From: Gammaproteobacteria bacterium
Lineage (GTDB): Bacteria; Pseudomonadota; Gammaproteobacteria; Eutrophobiales; Eutrophobiaceae
DNA length: 64,000 nt
Direction: 5' to 3'
Assembly (NCBI GenBank): GCA_041689615.1
Contig: JBDNFW010000026.1
Span: 84,282 to 148,281 of the forward strand
Shown here: piece after piece, positions 9,842 through 19,094 of the stretch
How the letters are laid out: each line of letters starts with the position of its first letter
Position numbering within the stretch: the stretch's first letter is position 1
Translations under genes and position numbers: made by a program
The notes under the pieces: generated by a model
Told to the model about the DNA's origin: nothing
Database searches by the model: none
Seen by the model: the letters and a program-made list of their open reading frames with translations, nothing else

Positions 9842-10912
9842 ATGCCAAAGTTAAACAACAAGCAAGATAAAAGCAGTTTCCTGCCAAATTTTTGTAGTGT
9901 AGACGTCCTGTTTGTTGTCGTTTTAAGTGCCGAATTACTCGCCATCATCTTATCACTGGCACTCCCCATCTATTCACGAGACATCCTGTTTGATCTGGCA
10001 ATGAATTCTCTGTTTGTGCAATGGATTTCTCTAAGTTGTGTTGGCTTGCTCTGTATACTCAGGAACTATTTTGCCACTCTCTCGGAAAAACGCGCTGCAA
10101 CGCTTAGTTACTTAATCATTCTTTTAGTTGCATTTATTATTTCGGAACTGGCCTGGTGGTCATTGTATGTTTATCCGAACACCATGATACCAACACGAGA
10201 CTTACATGTTTTGTTCCTATTACGTTCAATGGGCATTTCAGCCATAGTTGGTGCGATTGTCTTACGCTATCTCTATGTACAACATCAGTGGCGAAAAAAT
10301 ATTGAAGCTACGGCAACGTCACGCTATCAAGCCTTGCAATCCAGAATACGACCTCACTTTCTGTTTAATTGCATGAATACCATTGCCAGCCTGACACGTA
10401 AAGCGCCCGAATTAGCGGAACAATCGGTTGAAGATTTAGCTGACTTATTTCGCGCGAGTTTACTGGAACCAACCGAGCTTTATAAAATTTCTGAAGAATG
10501 GAAATTATGCCAACACTATCTTCGTATAGAAGGACATCGTTTGGGTGATCGATTACATATTGAGTGGGATATTGATACTTTGCCTGAAGATGCACTAGTT
10601 CCGCCGTTAAGCCTTCAACCTTTGATTGAAAATGCAATTTACCATGGAATAGAACGCTTGCCTGAAGGCGGCACTATTCTAATAAAAGGTGAATTTAGCA
10701 ATGCCATACTTCATTTAAACTTCACTAATCCAGTACCCCCCGCTAACATTGAAGATACTCATAAGGGTAATAAACATGCTCAGGAAAATATCCGCCAACG
10801 GTTGAACACCATCTTTGGACAGGAGAGTAATTTAATATTTAAAAGTACCGATAGACATTACATTGTTGAACTAACTTTACCTTACAAACGTTATGAAAAT
10901 ACTGATCGTTGA
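9842..10912 (+). CDS. algZ: LytS-type sensor histidine kinase (AlgZ/FimS-like)
   Basis: 356 aa with N-terminal TM helices and an His_kinase LytS-type H-box (RPHFLFNCMNTIASL). The argH-algZ-algR synteny is as in Pseudomonas. Confidence 0.75.
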   Translation: MPKLNNKQDKSSFLPNFCSVDVLFVVVLSAELLAIILSLALPIYSRDILFDLAMNSLFVQWISLSCVGLLCILRNYFATLSEKRAATLSYLIILLVAFIISELAWWSLYVYPNTMIPTRDLHVLFLLRSMGISAIVGAIVLRYLYVQHQWRKNIEATATSRYQALQSRIRPHFLFNCMNTIASLTRKAPELAEQSVEDLADLFRASLLEPTELYKISEEWKLCQHYLRIEGHRLGDRLHIEWDIDTLPEDALVPPLSLQPLIENAIYHGIERLPEGGTILIKGEFSNAILHLNFTNPVPPANIEDTHKGNKHAQENIRQRLNTIFGQESNLIFKSTDRHYIVELTLPYKRYENTDR

Positions 10913-11627
10913 TGACGAAGCGTTAGCACGAGAAAGACTGCACGATCTTGTTGTTGAACTCTATCCAGACGCCATCACTGTTGAAGCGGCTAATGGAATG
11001 GAAGCATTGGATAAGATCACTGAGCATTCACCAGAAATTGTTTTACTGGATATTCGTATGCCGGGCATGGACGGACTCGAAGTCGCAAATCACTTGTTGC
11101 ACATGGAAACCCCACCGGCTATTGTTTTTACAACGGCCTATCAGGATCATGCCTTAAGTGCTTTTGATGCAAACGCAGTAGATTACTTACTAAAACCTAT
11201 ACGAAAAGAACGTCTTAAAACGGCAATCGAACGTGCTGCGGTCGTTAGTCAGTCTACATTATCATCACTTAAGGAAACAGAAGGCGTTTCTTCTTCACGC
11301 TCACATCTTAGCGCCATGGTTCAGGGGAAAATGCAATTAATTGCTATTGAAAATATATATTGCCTTAAAGCAGATCAAAAATATGTCACAGCAGCCTGGC
11401 CGGGAGGAGAAATATTACTCGATGAATCACTAGTATCCCTGGAAACTGAATTTTCAAATTATTTTATTCGAGTTCATCGAAACGCTTTAGTTGCTATCAA
11501 TCATATTGATAGTCTAAGAAAAACAACTGAAGGACAGCAAGTGATTAAATTATCCGACATGCCAATTGAATTATCTATCAGTCGTCGGCACCTTCAAGAC
11601 ATAAAAAAGATTTTCAAGTCACACTAG
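10893..11627 (+). CDS. algR: LytTR-family response regulator (AlgR-like)
   Basis: 244 aa with a REC domain (ILIVDDE...LLDIRMPGMDG) and a C-terminal LytTR DNA-binding domain. It overlaps the kinase gene by 20 nt. Confidence 0.8.
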   Translation: MKILIVDDEALARERLHDLVVELYPDAITVEAANGMEALDKITEHSPEIVLLDIRMPGMDGLEVANHLLHMETPPAIVFTTAYQDHALSAFDANAVDYLLKPIRKERLKTAIERAAVVSQSTLSSLKETEGVSSSRSHLSAMVQGKMQLIAIENIYCLKADQKYVTAAWPGGEILLDESLVSLETEFSNYFIRVHRNALVAINHIDSLRKTTEGQQVIKLSDMPIELSISRRHLQDIKKIFKSH

Positions 11628-12903
11628 CAATTTCTCGCGCGGCGGCAAGTAAAGCTAAACGCGCTATCACGCCATAAGTATAAAAACGATTCTGACGACA
11701 ATCCGTATCCTGATCTGGTTCAGGTGTAATACAACAATCATCAAATGCTAATGGTTCAAAACGCATACCTGGTGCATTTAGATTCTGACTTGTTGAACGT
11801 TTTTCGTGTACACGATAAAAACCGCCAACAACCTGATGATCCAGCATGTATACAACAGGTTCAGCTACCGTGTGTCCTTTGCCCCAGGTTTCATGTGTAT
11901 ACACGCCTTCCTGAATAATAACCTTGGTCACTTTTTGCCCTTCTTTCGTCGTCGCCATCTTTGTTCTTTCTTTTCGATTCAACTCAGCAATCTCATCGAC
12001 ACTGCGTATTGTCATCACGCCCATACCATAAGTACCAGCATCAGCTTTCACCATAACAAACGGTTCACATTTAACATCATGTTCATCATACTTTGTCCGT
12101 ATCGCACTCAATAACGATTCGACATTTTTAGATAAACAATCAACACCTTCACGTTTCATAAAATCGACTTCGCCACAATTTCGAAACATCGGATCGATTA
12201 ACCAGGGGTCAATATCAATTAAAGCAGCAAACTCCTGTGCAACTCGTTGATAGAAAGTAAAGTGATTCGATTTTAACCGTGAAGACCACCCCAGACTCAT
12301 TGGAGGTGTAATCACTTGTTCAATATTGTTGAATATTGCAGGTTTGCCGGTAGCAAGATCATTATTTAACAATATAAGATCCGGATTAAAGTCACTGACA
12401 AAAACACAATCCTGATCTCGCTTCACTGGTTCAAGTAAAACAGATTTTGAAGACTCAAGATCAATACGTGTGGGGCTATCAATTTCCGGCATTAAACTTC
12501 CAATGCGTGTTTCAAAACCGGCTTTTTCTATCATTGATTGTAAGCAGGCAAGGTTCTCCAGATAAAATAAATTACGCGTATGGTTTTCAGGAATAATTAA
12601 AATTTTATCAATTGGCTTATTAATATGTTCAACTGCCATTTGAATTGCCTGGATACACAATGCTTCAAAAGCCGGATTAAGATTATTAAATCCAGCAGGA
12701 AACAAATTAGTATCAACCGGTGCGATCTTATAGCCTGCATTGCGTAAATCGACTGAAGCATAAAAGGGTGCTTGTGTATCCCGCCAGGCATTTCGGAACC
12801 AGGTCTCAATTGCCGCCTGATTATCGAGCATCGTACGCTCCAGATTCTGGAATGGCCCGGTTAAAGCAGTTGTTAAATGAGGAACTGTCGCAATTTCATT
12901 CAT
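11614..12903 (-). CDS. ATP-grasp-type carboxylate-amine ligase, putative glutamate--cysteine ligase (proteobacterial GshA-type)
   Basis: 429 aa with an ATP-grasp signature (VMVKADAGTYGMGV). It sits next to rsmE where gshB usually lies. Product assignment is tentative. Confidence 0.4.
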   Translation of the reverse strand: MNEIATVPHLTTALTGPFQNLERTMLDNQAAIETWFRNAWRDTQAPFYASVDLRNAGYKIAPVDTNLFPAGFNNLNPAFEALCIQAIQMAVEHINKPIDKILIIPENHTRNLFYLENLACLQSMIEKAGFETRIGSLMPEIDSPTRIDLESSKSVLLEPVKRDQDCVFVSDFNPDLILLNNDLATGKPAIFNNIEQVITPPMSLGWSSRLKSNHFTFYQRVAQEFAALIDIDPWLIDPMFRNCGEVDFMKREGVDCLSKNVESLLSAIRTKYDEHDVKCEPFVMVKADAGTYGMGVMTIRSVDEIAELNRKERTKMATTKEGQKVTKVIIQEGVYTHETWGKGHTVAEPVVYMLDHQVVGGFYRVHEKRSTSQNLNAPGMRFEPLAFDDCCITPEPDQDTDCRQNRFYTYGVIARLALLAAAREIASVT

Positions 12904-12974
12904 AAGTTAGTGGATAATATGTGAGTTATTTAATTATTGTACAAACTGTTTATGACATATAGGACTGAATAACG

Positions 12975-13706
12975 CTAATTCAAGTCCCCCCAAAGCTGCT
13001 GAGCATTACTTAGCGCACTGACCACTGCCGTTTCCGCCCTTAAAGTTCTTGGCCCCAGACTAACGGGAATAACAGCTTTTTCTATCGCTTCATTCATTTC
13101 AGTATCACTAAAACCACCTTCAGGTCCTATCAACAATGTAAGGTGATTATTATCTATTGTGATTGTTGGCATCGCTTGTTTGCTGCCGGGATGTAAAATT
13201 AATTGAGAAGTTAAACCATCTAAAACAAGGCATTCACTAAACGAAACTGGTTTGATAAGCTCAGTTAAGCGATTTCTACCACATTGCTCCGTTGCATTAA
13301 TAATAATATTTTGCCAATGAGTCATTTTATTTTGCACGCGGTCTTCTTGTAATCTCACATTACTAAACTCAGACATAACTGGGACGATTTTACTTACACC
13401 AAGTTCAACGGCTTTTTGAATTGAATAATCCATATGTTGGCCTCGCGCTATTGCCAAACACAAAGTAATTTTTAATGATGATTCGTTATCAATCTGGCAA
13501 GACTCTTTAACTTCAACCTCCGCAGTTTTTTTTGTTATCTCAATAATTCTTGAAGTAAATTCATAGCCTGTATTATTGAATAATTTTATAGCATCACCAG
13601 TATGCATTCTAAGTACATGAGAGAGATGATGAGCTTTGTCTCGTGGTAAAGAAATCGTTTCACCAGACGATAATGTCAGATCGATAAATAATCTCGGAAT
13701 TCTCAT
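12975..13706 (-). CDS. rsmE: 16S rRNA (uracil1498-N3)-methyltransferase RsmE
   Basis: 243 aa with a PUA-like N-terminus and a SPOUT C-terminus (LLIGPEGGFS). Confidence 0.8.
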   Translation of the reverse strand: MRIPRLFIDLTLSSGETISLPRDKAHHLSHVLRMHTGDAIKLFNNTGYEFTSRIIEITKKTAEVEVKESCQIDNESSLKITLCLAIARGQHMDYSIQKAVELGVSKIVPVMSEFSNVRLQEDRVQNKMTHWQNIIINATEQCGRNRLTELIKPVSFSECLVLDGLTSQLILHPGSKQAMPTITIDNNHLTLLIGPEGGFSDTEMNEAIEKAVIPVSLGPRTLRAETAVVSALSNAQQLWGDLN

Positions 13707-13778
13707 GATTTATTTTTTAGAATTTAGTTTCTGTTATGATAATACACTTTATCAATAATTGTTATTTTAAAGAGTGGC

Positions 13779-14225
13779 ATGATTAAAAACATTAAAAACT
13801 ATTTTGAAAATCTATTTCAGAATAAGGAAGAACACACGCCACAAAAACATACCGTTGCGCTAGCCAGTGCAGCTTTAATGATTGAAATCAGTCTGGCTGA
13901 TGATCATATTCATGAAGAGGAACGAAGTGCTATAAACGAGTTATTAAGCAAAAGTTTTGATCTGGAAGAAACTGAGATAGATGAACTTATCGAACTGGCA
14001 GAAGCAGAGGTTGATCATGCTATCTCGTTATATGAATTCACTCGATTATTAAATGACTCCTTATCTACGCCGGATAAAATTAATATTATCGAAAATTTAT
14101 GGCACGTAGCCTATGCTGATTCTGTTATAGATAAGTACGAAGAGTACTACATCAGAAAGGTTGCGGATTTACTCTATATTTCTCACTCAGACTATATTAA
14201 ATCTAAATTAAAAGCGGCTGAATAA
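13779..14225 (+). CDS. TerB-family (tellurite-resistance TerB-like) protein
   Basis: 148 aa. It has an acidic helical TerB-like fold pattern (ALMIEISLADDHIHEEER). Confidence 0.55.
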   Translation: MIKNIKNYFENLFQNKEEHTPQKHTVALASAALMIEISLADDHIHEEERSAINELLSKSFDLEETEIDELIELAEAEVDHAISLYEFTRLLNDSLSTPDKINIIENLWHVAYADSVIDKYEEYYIRKVADLLYISHSDYIKSKLKAAE

Positions 14226-14232
14226 ACTTCAG

Positions 14233-14730
14233 TTAAGCTTTTGGTTCAAGTAACAACTGTATTAACTGATCTTCAAGTTCAATACGGGTGGTTAATTCTT
14301 CACCCAGCATTGATACGTCTTGCGGAAAGTGTTCAATGTCTCTGTTCTTATTTTCCGGATTGTATTTTTCATCAAATGCCAGAGTAATCTGAGTTGACTG
14401 TTCTATTCGCGGATAAATTTCTACAGCTAGATCGGAAACGGCTTTTCGTCGTTCCTTACCCGCAGCAATACGCTCGTACAGACCAAAATGACCAGCAGCA
14501 ATATAGTCAACCAAAACCTGAACAAACTCTTCAAGATCAGCAACCAGTTGGTCTGATTCATGTTTTGAACTGTCTGATGATACTTGCAGTAATAACGTCA
14601 ATAACTGATTCCGTTCTTTGAGCATATGTTGGATCAGTTCCTGACTAGCTCCACGCCTTTCCTGAATCTCCGGGACTTCTTTTAATTGCTCTTTCATTTC
14701 CTGTACCGCCTTTGTAGGGATTAAATCCAT
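14233..14730 (-). CDS. rsd: Rsd/AlgQ-family regulator of sigma D (anti-sigma70)
   Basis: 165 aa with the Rsd/AlgQ family pattern (VDYIAAGHFGLYERI). Confidence 0.65.
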   Translation of the reverse strand: MDLIPTKAVQEMKEQLKEVPEIQERRGASQELIQHMLKERNQLLTLLLQVSSDSSKHESDQLVADLEEFVQVLVDYIAAGHFGLYERIAAGKERRKAVSDLAVEIYPRIEQSTQITLAFDEKYNPENKNRDIEHFPQDVSMLGEELTTRIELEDQLIQLLLEPKA

Positions 14731-14905
14731 TTCTCAATTTTTATTATTTGGTTGCTAGATTCGTGCCACCACTTTATTAAATGACATAATGCCACGACTA
14801 ACACGCCCGTCAACTGTTACATGTAATGAAAATTATGATTACGCTATCTGTCTGTAAATTCACTGTATTTTTTAAATTCTGTATCGGATAAACTGCCTAA
14901 GATTA

Positions 14906-14934
14906 TTGACAAGAATAGAGTATCGCAATAAAAC
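14906..14934 (+). promoter_or_regulatory. Candidate sigma70 promoter (TTGACA-17-TAAAAC) for the Ser/Thr kinase gene
   Basis: A consensus -35 hexamer lies 17 nt from an AT-rich -10-like hexamer, about 40 nt upstream of the ATG. Confidence 0.3.
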
Positions 14935-14973
14935 AGTTCCTAATTAAAGATCAAGATAATAAAAATCAATAAC

Positions 14974-16455
14974 ATGGAAATACCTGGCTACAAAATAGAT
15001 AGAGAAATCGGCAAAGGTGGAATGGCGACGGTATACCTCGCTATTCAGGAATCTCTTGAGCGTTCTGTGGTGCTAAAAATCCTGGACAAGGTTCATAGCT
15101 CCGCATCGGATGAAATGACTCAGCGTTTTGTTGATGAAGGCCGTATCGTTGCTTCTTTACACCACCCCAATATTGTGACGATTTACGACATTGGCTTATC
15201 TGGCGAAGAGCTCTATATCTCAATGGAATATGTGCAAGGCGGCGATTTAAAAAAACGCATGGAAGCACATGTCAAGCCAAAAGAAGCGCTCGATATTATT
15301 TCAAAAATAGGCTCTGCTCTTGACAGCGCACATACACATAACGTCATCCATCGAGATGTAAAACCAGCCAATATTCTTTTCCGGGAAAACGGGACACCCC
15401 TGCTAACCGATTTCGGTATTGCCAAACAAATGGACTATGACAAAGATTTGACTTCTACCGGTATTTTTCTTGGCAGCCCTAATTATGTCAGCCCGGAGCA
15501 AGCTGACGGAAAGAAAGTTGATGGGCGTTCTGACCTATACAGCCTTGGTTGTATATTCTATGAGATGCTAACAGGTTATAAACCTTATCATTCCGACTCC
15601 GTTATCGATATTGTCATTCAACATAAAACATCCCCTGTTCCAAAACTGCCTGAAAAATTTACAATCTATCAATCTTTATTAGACAGGATGATGGCTAAGA
15701 ATATTGATGAGCGATTTGCTAATGCAAAAGAGATGTTAAAGAGTTTAGAAAAACTCCAGGTTATGGAGGATAGTGGCAGCAACGAATTAATACCTGATTT
15801 TGATATTACCGGTCACACTCAAAATACCGGTAAACAGAAAAAGACAAAGAAAAAATCCAGCTTAATATTAATTTCATTATTAATTGTCTCAGCAATATTC
15901 TTTTTTGGATTACAGTTTGTTGAAATCAGACTAAAAAGCTCTGAAGTGCGAATTGATAAAGTACCTACTACTAGTGCATTACCAACCAACATTGTTAGTA
16001 CAACAAATAACCTCGCAGAACAAACATTAGAAACGATTAAAGCTTCGCCCGTGCCTGTAACTGAAGAAACACAAGTAGATGAATCCAGTAATACTGAAAG
16101 ACCTGGAAAAGCTGCTTCTGAACAAGTAACACGCGCTTTAGCCTGGTTGGGAAAACAAAGTCTGGATGAATATAAGCTAACCTATCCACCTAAAGATAAC
16201 GCTTACTATTTCTTTTCCAGATTACTTGAGTTACAACCTGATAATCGTGAAGCATATGAAGGAATACTCGCCATCGCTGAACGTTATGTCATTCTTGCTG
16301 AACGATCTCTTGCAAGTAATGAACTCGAAAAAACACGAACTTACATTGAAATAGGTCTTCAGATTGACCCTGCAAATCAGGCTTTACTCTCATTACAGTC
16401 GTTACTAGGCAATCAAAAGTCAGGATTTTGGCAGACGATTAAATCTTTTTTCTAA
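14974..16455 (+). CDS. Hanks-type serine/threonine protein kinase with a TM segment and a C-terminal TPR-like domain
   Basis: 493 aa with GKGGMATVY, VLKIL, HRDVKPANILF, DFGIAK and SPEQ motifs. A TM helix lies at about aa 300-320. The C-terminus has TPR-like helices. Confidence 0.85.
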   Translation: MEIPGYKIDREIGKGGMATVYLAIQESLERSVVLKILDKVHSSASDEMTQRFVDEGRIVASLHHPNIVTIYDIGLSGEELYISMEYVQGGDLKKRMEAHVKPKEALDIISKIGSALDSAHTHNVIHRDVKPANILFRENGTPLLTDFGIAKQMDYDKDLTSTGIFLGSPNYVSPEQADGKKVDGRSDLYSLGCIFYEMLTGYKPYHSDSVIDIVIQHKTSPVPKLPEKFTIYQSLLDRMMAKNIDERFANAKEMLKSLEKLQVMEDSGSNELIPDFDITGHTQNTGKQKKTKKKSSLILISLLIVSAIFFFGLQFVEIRLKSSEVRIDKVPTTSALPTNIVSTTNNLAEQTLETIKASPVPVTEETQVDESSNTERPGKAASEQVTRALAWLGKQSLDEYKLTYPPKDNAYYFFSRLLELQPDNREAYEGILAIAERYVILAERSLASNELEKTRTYIEIGLQIDPANQALLSLQSLLGNQKSGFWQTIKSFF

Positions 16456-16512
16456 AGACATTTACACAAGCAGTGATTTTGTTCTATGGCTAGGCAAAAT
16501 AATAATTGTCTT

Positions 16513-17112
16513 TTATTCGAGTGCTTGTTTAGCATTTTCCGTTTGAGCTTTTTCCCATTCAACAATCATTGCTCGTAACTCATCTAAACTTTTATCTGTA
16601 ATACCGTCCTTATCATTTTTCTTTTCTTCCTGATCTTTTTCAGGGAGCAAGGCATCTGTAATAAGTTCAACTGCCGAAGCCTTTTCCTCTTCTTCATTGC
16701 GACCAGACTCTTCAATATCATCTGACTTTTTCTTTTTAAACTTATTCTTCATTTCTTGCGCCTTGGCTATTTTCTCTTGTGCCTTTTGACGATCTTCCTC
16801 GACAAGAATAAATGCTTCTTGTCGCATGCGCTGACGTATTTCATCGGAAACTTCAACTGCTGTATCATCAATAAGTCGGCCTTTATCAAAAACAAATACT
16901 CTCGGTCCACCATCAACACTCCTATACCAGGGCGGTGGTTTACCAGATAGCTGTGTCGTTTCGACACCCGGCTCTGTCCACTGATACATTCGTGCTTCAA
17001 CGGTAATCGATATCACTGAAAAAAGTAGTATTAATATAATTCGCATAATTCCTGAACCAAATATGATTTGTTGATTATATGACAAATAAGAGCATAGCGT
17101 ATTTTTGTTCAC
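16513..17112 (-). CDS. DUF4124-domain protein with a highly charged C-terminal tail
   Basis: 199 aa. It has an N-terminal signal/TM followed by MYQWTEPGVETTQLSGKPPPW, the DUF4124 motif. The C-terminus is KE-rich. Confidence 0.6.
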   Translation of the reverse strand: MNKNTLCSYLSYNQQIIFGSGIMRIILILLFSVISITVEARMYQWTEPGVETTQLSGKPPPWYRSVDGGPRVFVFDKGRLIDDTAVEVSDEIRQRMRQEAFILVEEDRQKAQEKIAKAQEMKNKFKKKKSDDIEESGRNEEEEKASAVELITDALLPEKDQEEKKNDKDGITDKSLDELRAMIVEWEKAQTENAKQALE

Positions 17113-17127
17113 TTAAATTTAGATATT

Positions 17128-17853
17128 CTAAGTATCAACGCCGATGCATTTTAAATAAGCGTCTTCAAGGCCTTTCGTTTGAAACTGATCACAGCATTCA
17201 GACGGTGAACCGTTAAAACATATACTTCCGTTATGCAGTACGATAATACGATCACATATACTTTCTACATCTGCCAACAAGTGCGTACTAAAAAAAAGCG
17301 TTTTGCCTGTTTCCTTTAAGCTAATTAAGTAACGTTTTAAATAAGCGCGTGCTTTTGGATCGAGGCCACTCATCGGTTCATCAAATAACAACATCGGTCT
17401 TTGGCTTAAAAAACACGATGCTAAACCCAGTTTTTGTGCCATGCCTTTTGAATATTGTCGTACCGATTTTTTTAATGCCGATGTGTCTAGATCCAGAACC
17501 ATAAGTACTTCTTCTATATCTGTTTCTTGTAACTGGACTTGATTCAACTCAGCCATATAAGAAAGAAAATCTTTCCCTGTTAAATAATAAGGCGCTAAGA
17601 ACTTTTCCGGAAGAAATGATAATGACTGACGCGACGATGTTTCTCTATGCGACTGGCCAAAGATTTCAATCTTGCCTGTTTTTATTGAGATAAAATCAAG
17701 AATCGATTTTATTAAGGTTGTTTTACCTGCTCCGTTAACACCAACCAGTCCAATATACTCACCTTGAATAACCGACAAATTAATATCTGTCAGCACGGAA
17801 TGTTTTCCATAATCCTGATTTAATTGTTCAATATTAAGCGCTATTGTAGTCAT
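17128..17853 (-). CDS. ABC transporter ATP-binding protein (ABC-2 subfamily); no adjacent permease
   Basis: 241 aa with Walker A (GVNGAGKTT), the signature motif (YSKGMAQKL) and Walker B (LLFDEP). Confidence 0.85.
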   Translation of the reverse strand: MTTIALNIEQLNQDYGKHSVLTDINLSVIQGEYIGLVGVNGAGKTTLIKSILDFISIKTGKIEIFGQSHRETSSRQSLSFLPEKFLAPYYLTGKDFLSYMAELNQVQLQETDIEEVLMVLDLDTSALKKSVRQYSKGMAQKLGLASCFLSQRPMLLFDEPMSGLDPKARAYLKRYLISLKETGKTLFFSTHLLADVESICDRIIVLHNGSICFNGSPSECCDQFQTKGLEDAYLKCIGVDT

Positions 17854-18002
17854 ATATTATTTACACTATCGTTTGTGCGTCCTCTCGGCCTAGACTCCTG
17901 TGTCGCTCTCGGTCTCTGTTCCAGACTCGACTCTACCGATTACGTCCTGTAATCGTATCTCCTGCATCCAAGTCGTATACAAATAACATTACGTTCCTAT
18001 AA

Positions 18003-18034
18003 ATAAAAAATGCCCGCAATTCGCGGGCATATTT
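18003..18034 (-). terminator. Rho-independent terminator (bidirectional hairpin) downstream of the orphan pilin gene
   Basis: ATGCCCGC-aattc-GCGGGCAT forms an 8-bp GC-rich stem. It is flanked by an A-run and a T-run. Confidence 0.75.
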
Positions 18035-18055
18035 TAAATCAAGTTTGATAATTTC

Positions 18056-18820
18056 TTAGTATAAAAATACCTGACTACAATCCTGAGCATCATCAAAAAT
18101 ATCATAAATATCTGTTACTGTTGTACCATCACCTGCAGGAGCCGCACCGGGCGCACCAGCTGCAGTAGTAGTGCAAGTTGCAAATTGCGGTGCAAAATTT
18201 GTCGTATCAAACTCCGTAGCAGTTCCATCAGCTGTGGTTAATCGTAATACGCCAGTATTTGGTAAACCGTCATCTACCTTAAGATCCAGTTCACGTGCAA
18301 TATTAACTGGGACATTTCGACCTACATGCAGATTCAAACGTTGTGATGCAATACCTGTATAGCCATCATTTCGACTTAAGATTAGAGGGCCATTAAAAGC
18401 ATTCACAGGTGCAACGGCTGCATAAAGTGCTTCACTTGCCGGAATTGCAGCTGCAGGTGTAAAACCACCACCCAGAAAATTAGACTTGGCCAGTTGTTCC
18501 CACGCTGCGGACGCTTCTTCACGTGTATTATCAATACGACCATTACCTTCCGTAGCAGCTCCCGCAGATGGTAAAGCAATTGCGACACCGATGGCTTGCT
18601 GTGCAGCTAATCGCGGCCAATCACCCGGAACCTGTCGATAGCGATCTATAAAACCGTAGTATGCCGCTTGTATACCTGAATTTTGATCAGCCAGATTACG
18701 TACTCGTGCACTGTTAATTAATTCCTGGCCTTTAAGTATGCCGCCCAGTAACAAGCCGATGATTACCAGAACAATGGCTATTTCTACTAATGTAAAACCT
18801 TTTTGTTTATTAATTTTCAT
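18056..18820 (-). CDS. Type IV pilin (prepilin N-terminal cleavage/methylation domain), orphan candidate major pilin
   Basis: MKINKQKG|FTLVEIAIVLVIIGLL is a type IVa prepilin leader with Glu5. A C-terminal Cys pair (C...C in the last 40 aa) forms a D-region. A sigma54-like promoter lies upstream. Confidence 0.8.
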   Translation of the reverse strand: MKINKQKGFTLVEIAIVLVIIGLLLGGILKGQELINSARVRNLADQNSGIQAAYYGFIDRYRQVPGDWPRLAAQQAIGVAIALPSAGAATEGNGRIDNTREEASAAWEQLAKSNFLGGGFTPAAAIPASEALYAAVAPVNAFNGPLILSRNDGYTGIASQRLNLHVGRNVPVNIARELDLKVDDGLPNTGVLRLTTADGTATEFDTTNFAPQFATCTTTAAGAPGAAPAGDGTTVTDIYDIFDDAQDCSQVFLY

Positions 18821-18867
18821 TTTCTTTTATTCTCCATATATAAACTTTTACTGCATTTGCTTAAGAC

Positions 18868-18887
18868 TACAGCAGAGATCATGCCAA
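18868..18887 (-). promoter_or_regulatory. Candidate sigma54 (-24/-12) promoter, TGGCAT-N5-CTGCT, for the orphan pilin gene
   Basis: The minus strand reads TGGCATGATCTCTGCTG with GG-N10-GC spacing exact. It lies about 50-65 nt upstream of the pilin ATG. A sigma54 activator is encoded at 36837-38279. Confidence 0.45.
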
Positions 18888-19094
18888 AACATTAAGCGCT
18901 TGATTTTATTATAAATATTGCTCATTTGCTCAAGTTGTTTATCAGCAATATGATGACATATCAACAATACTGTCGATATATCATCAATTCATATTTAGGC
19001 ACTTCTATAATAGTCATTCGCAATATGTTAGCTTGGCAAAAAAATTGCGGTATATATTAAAAAATCAAATCACAACAATTTATAAGACATTAAA

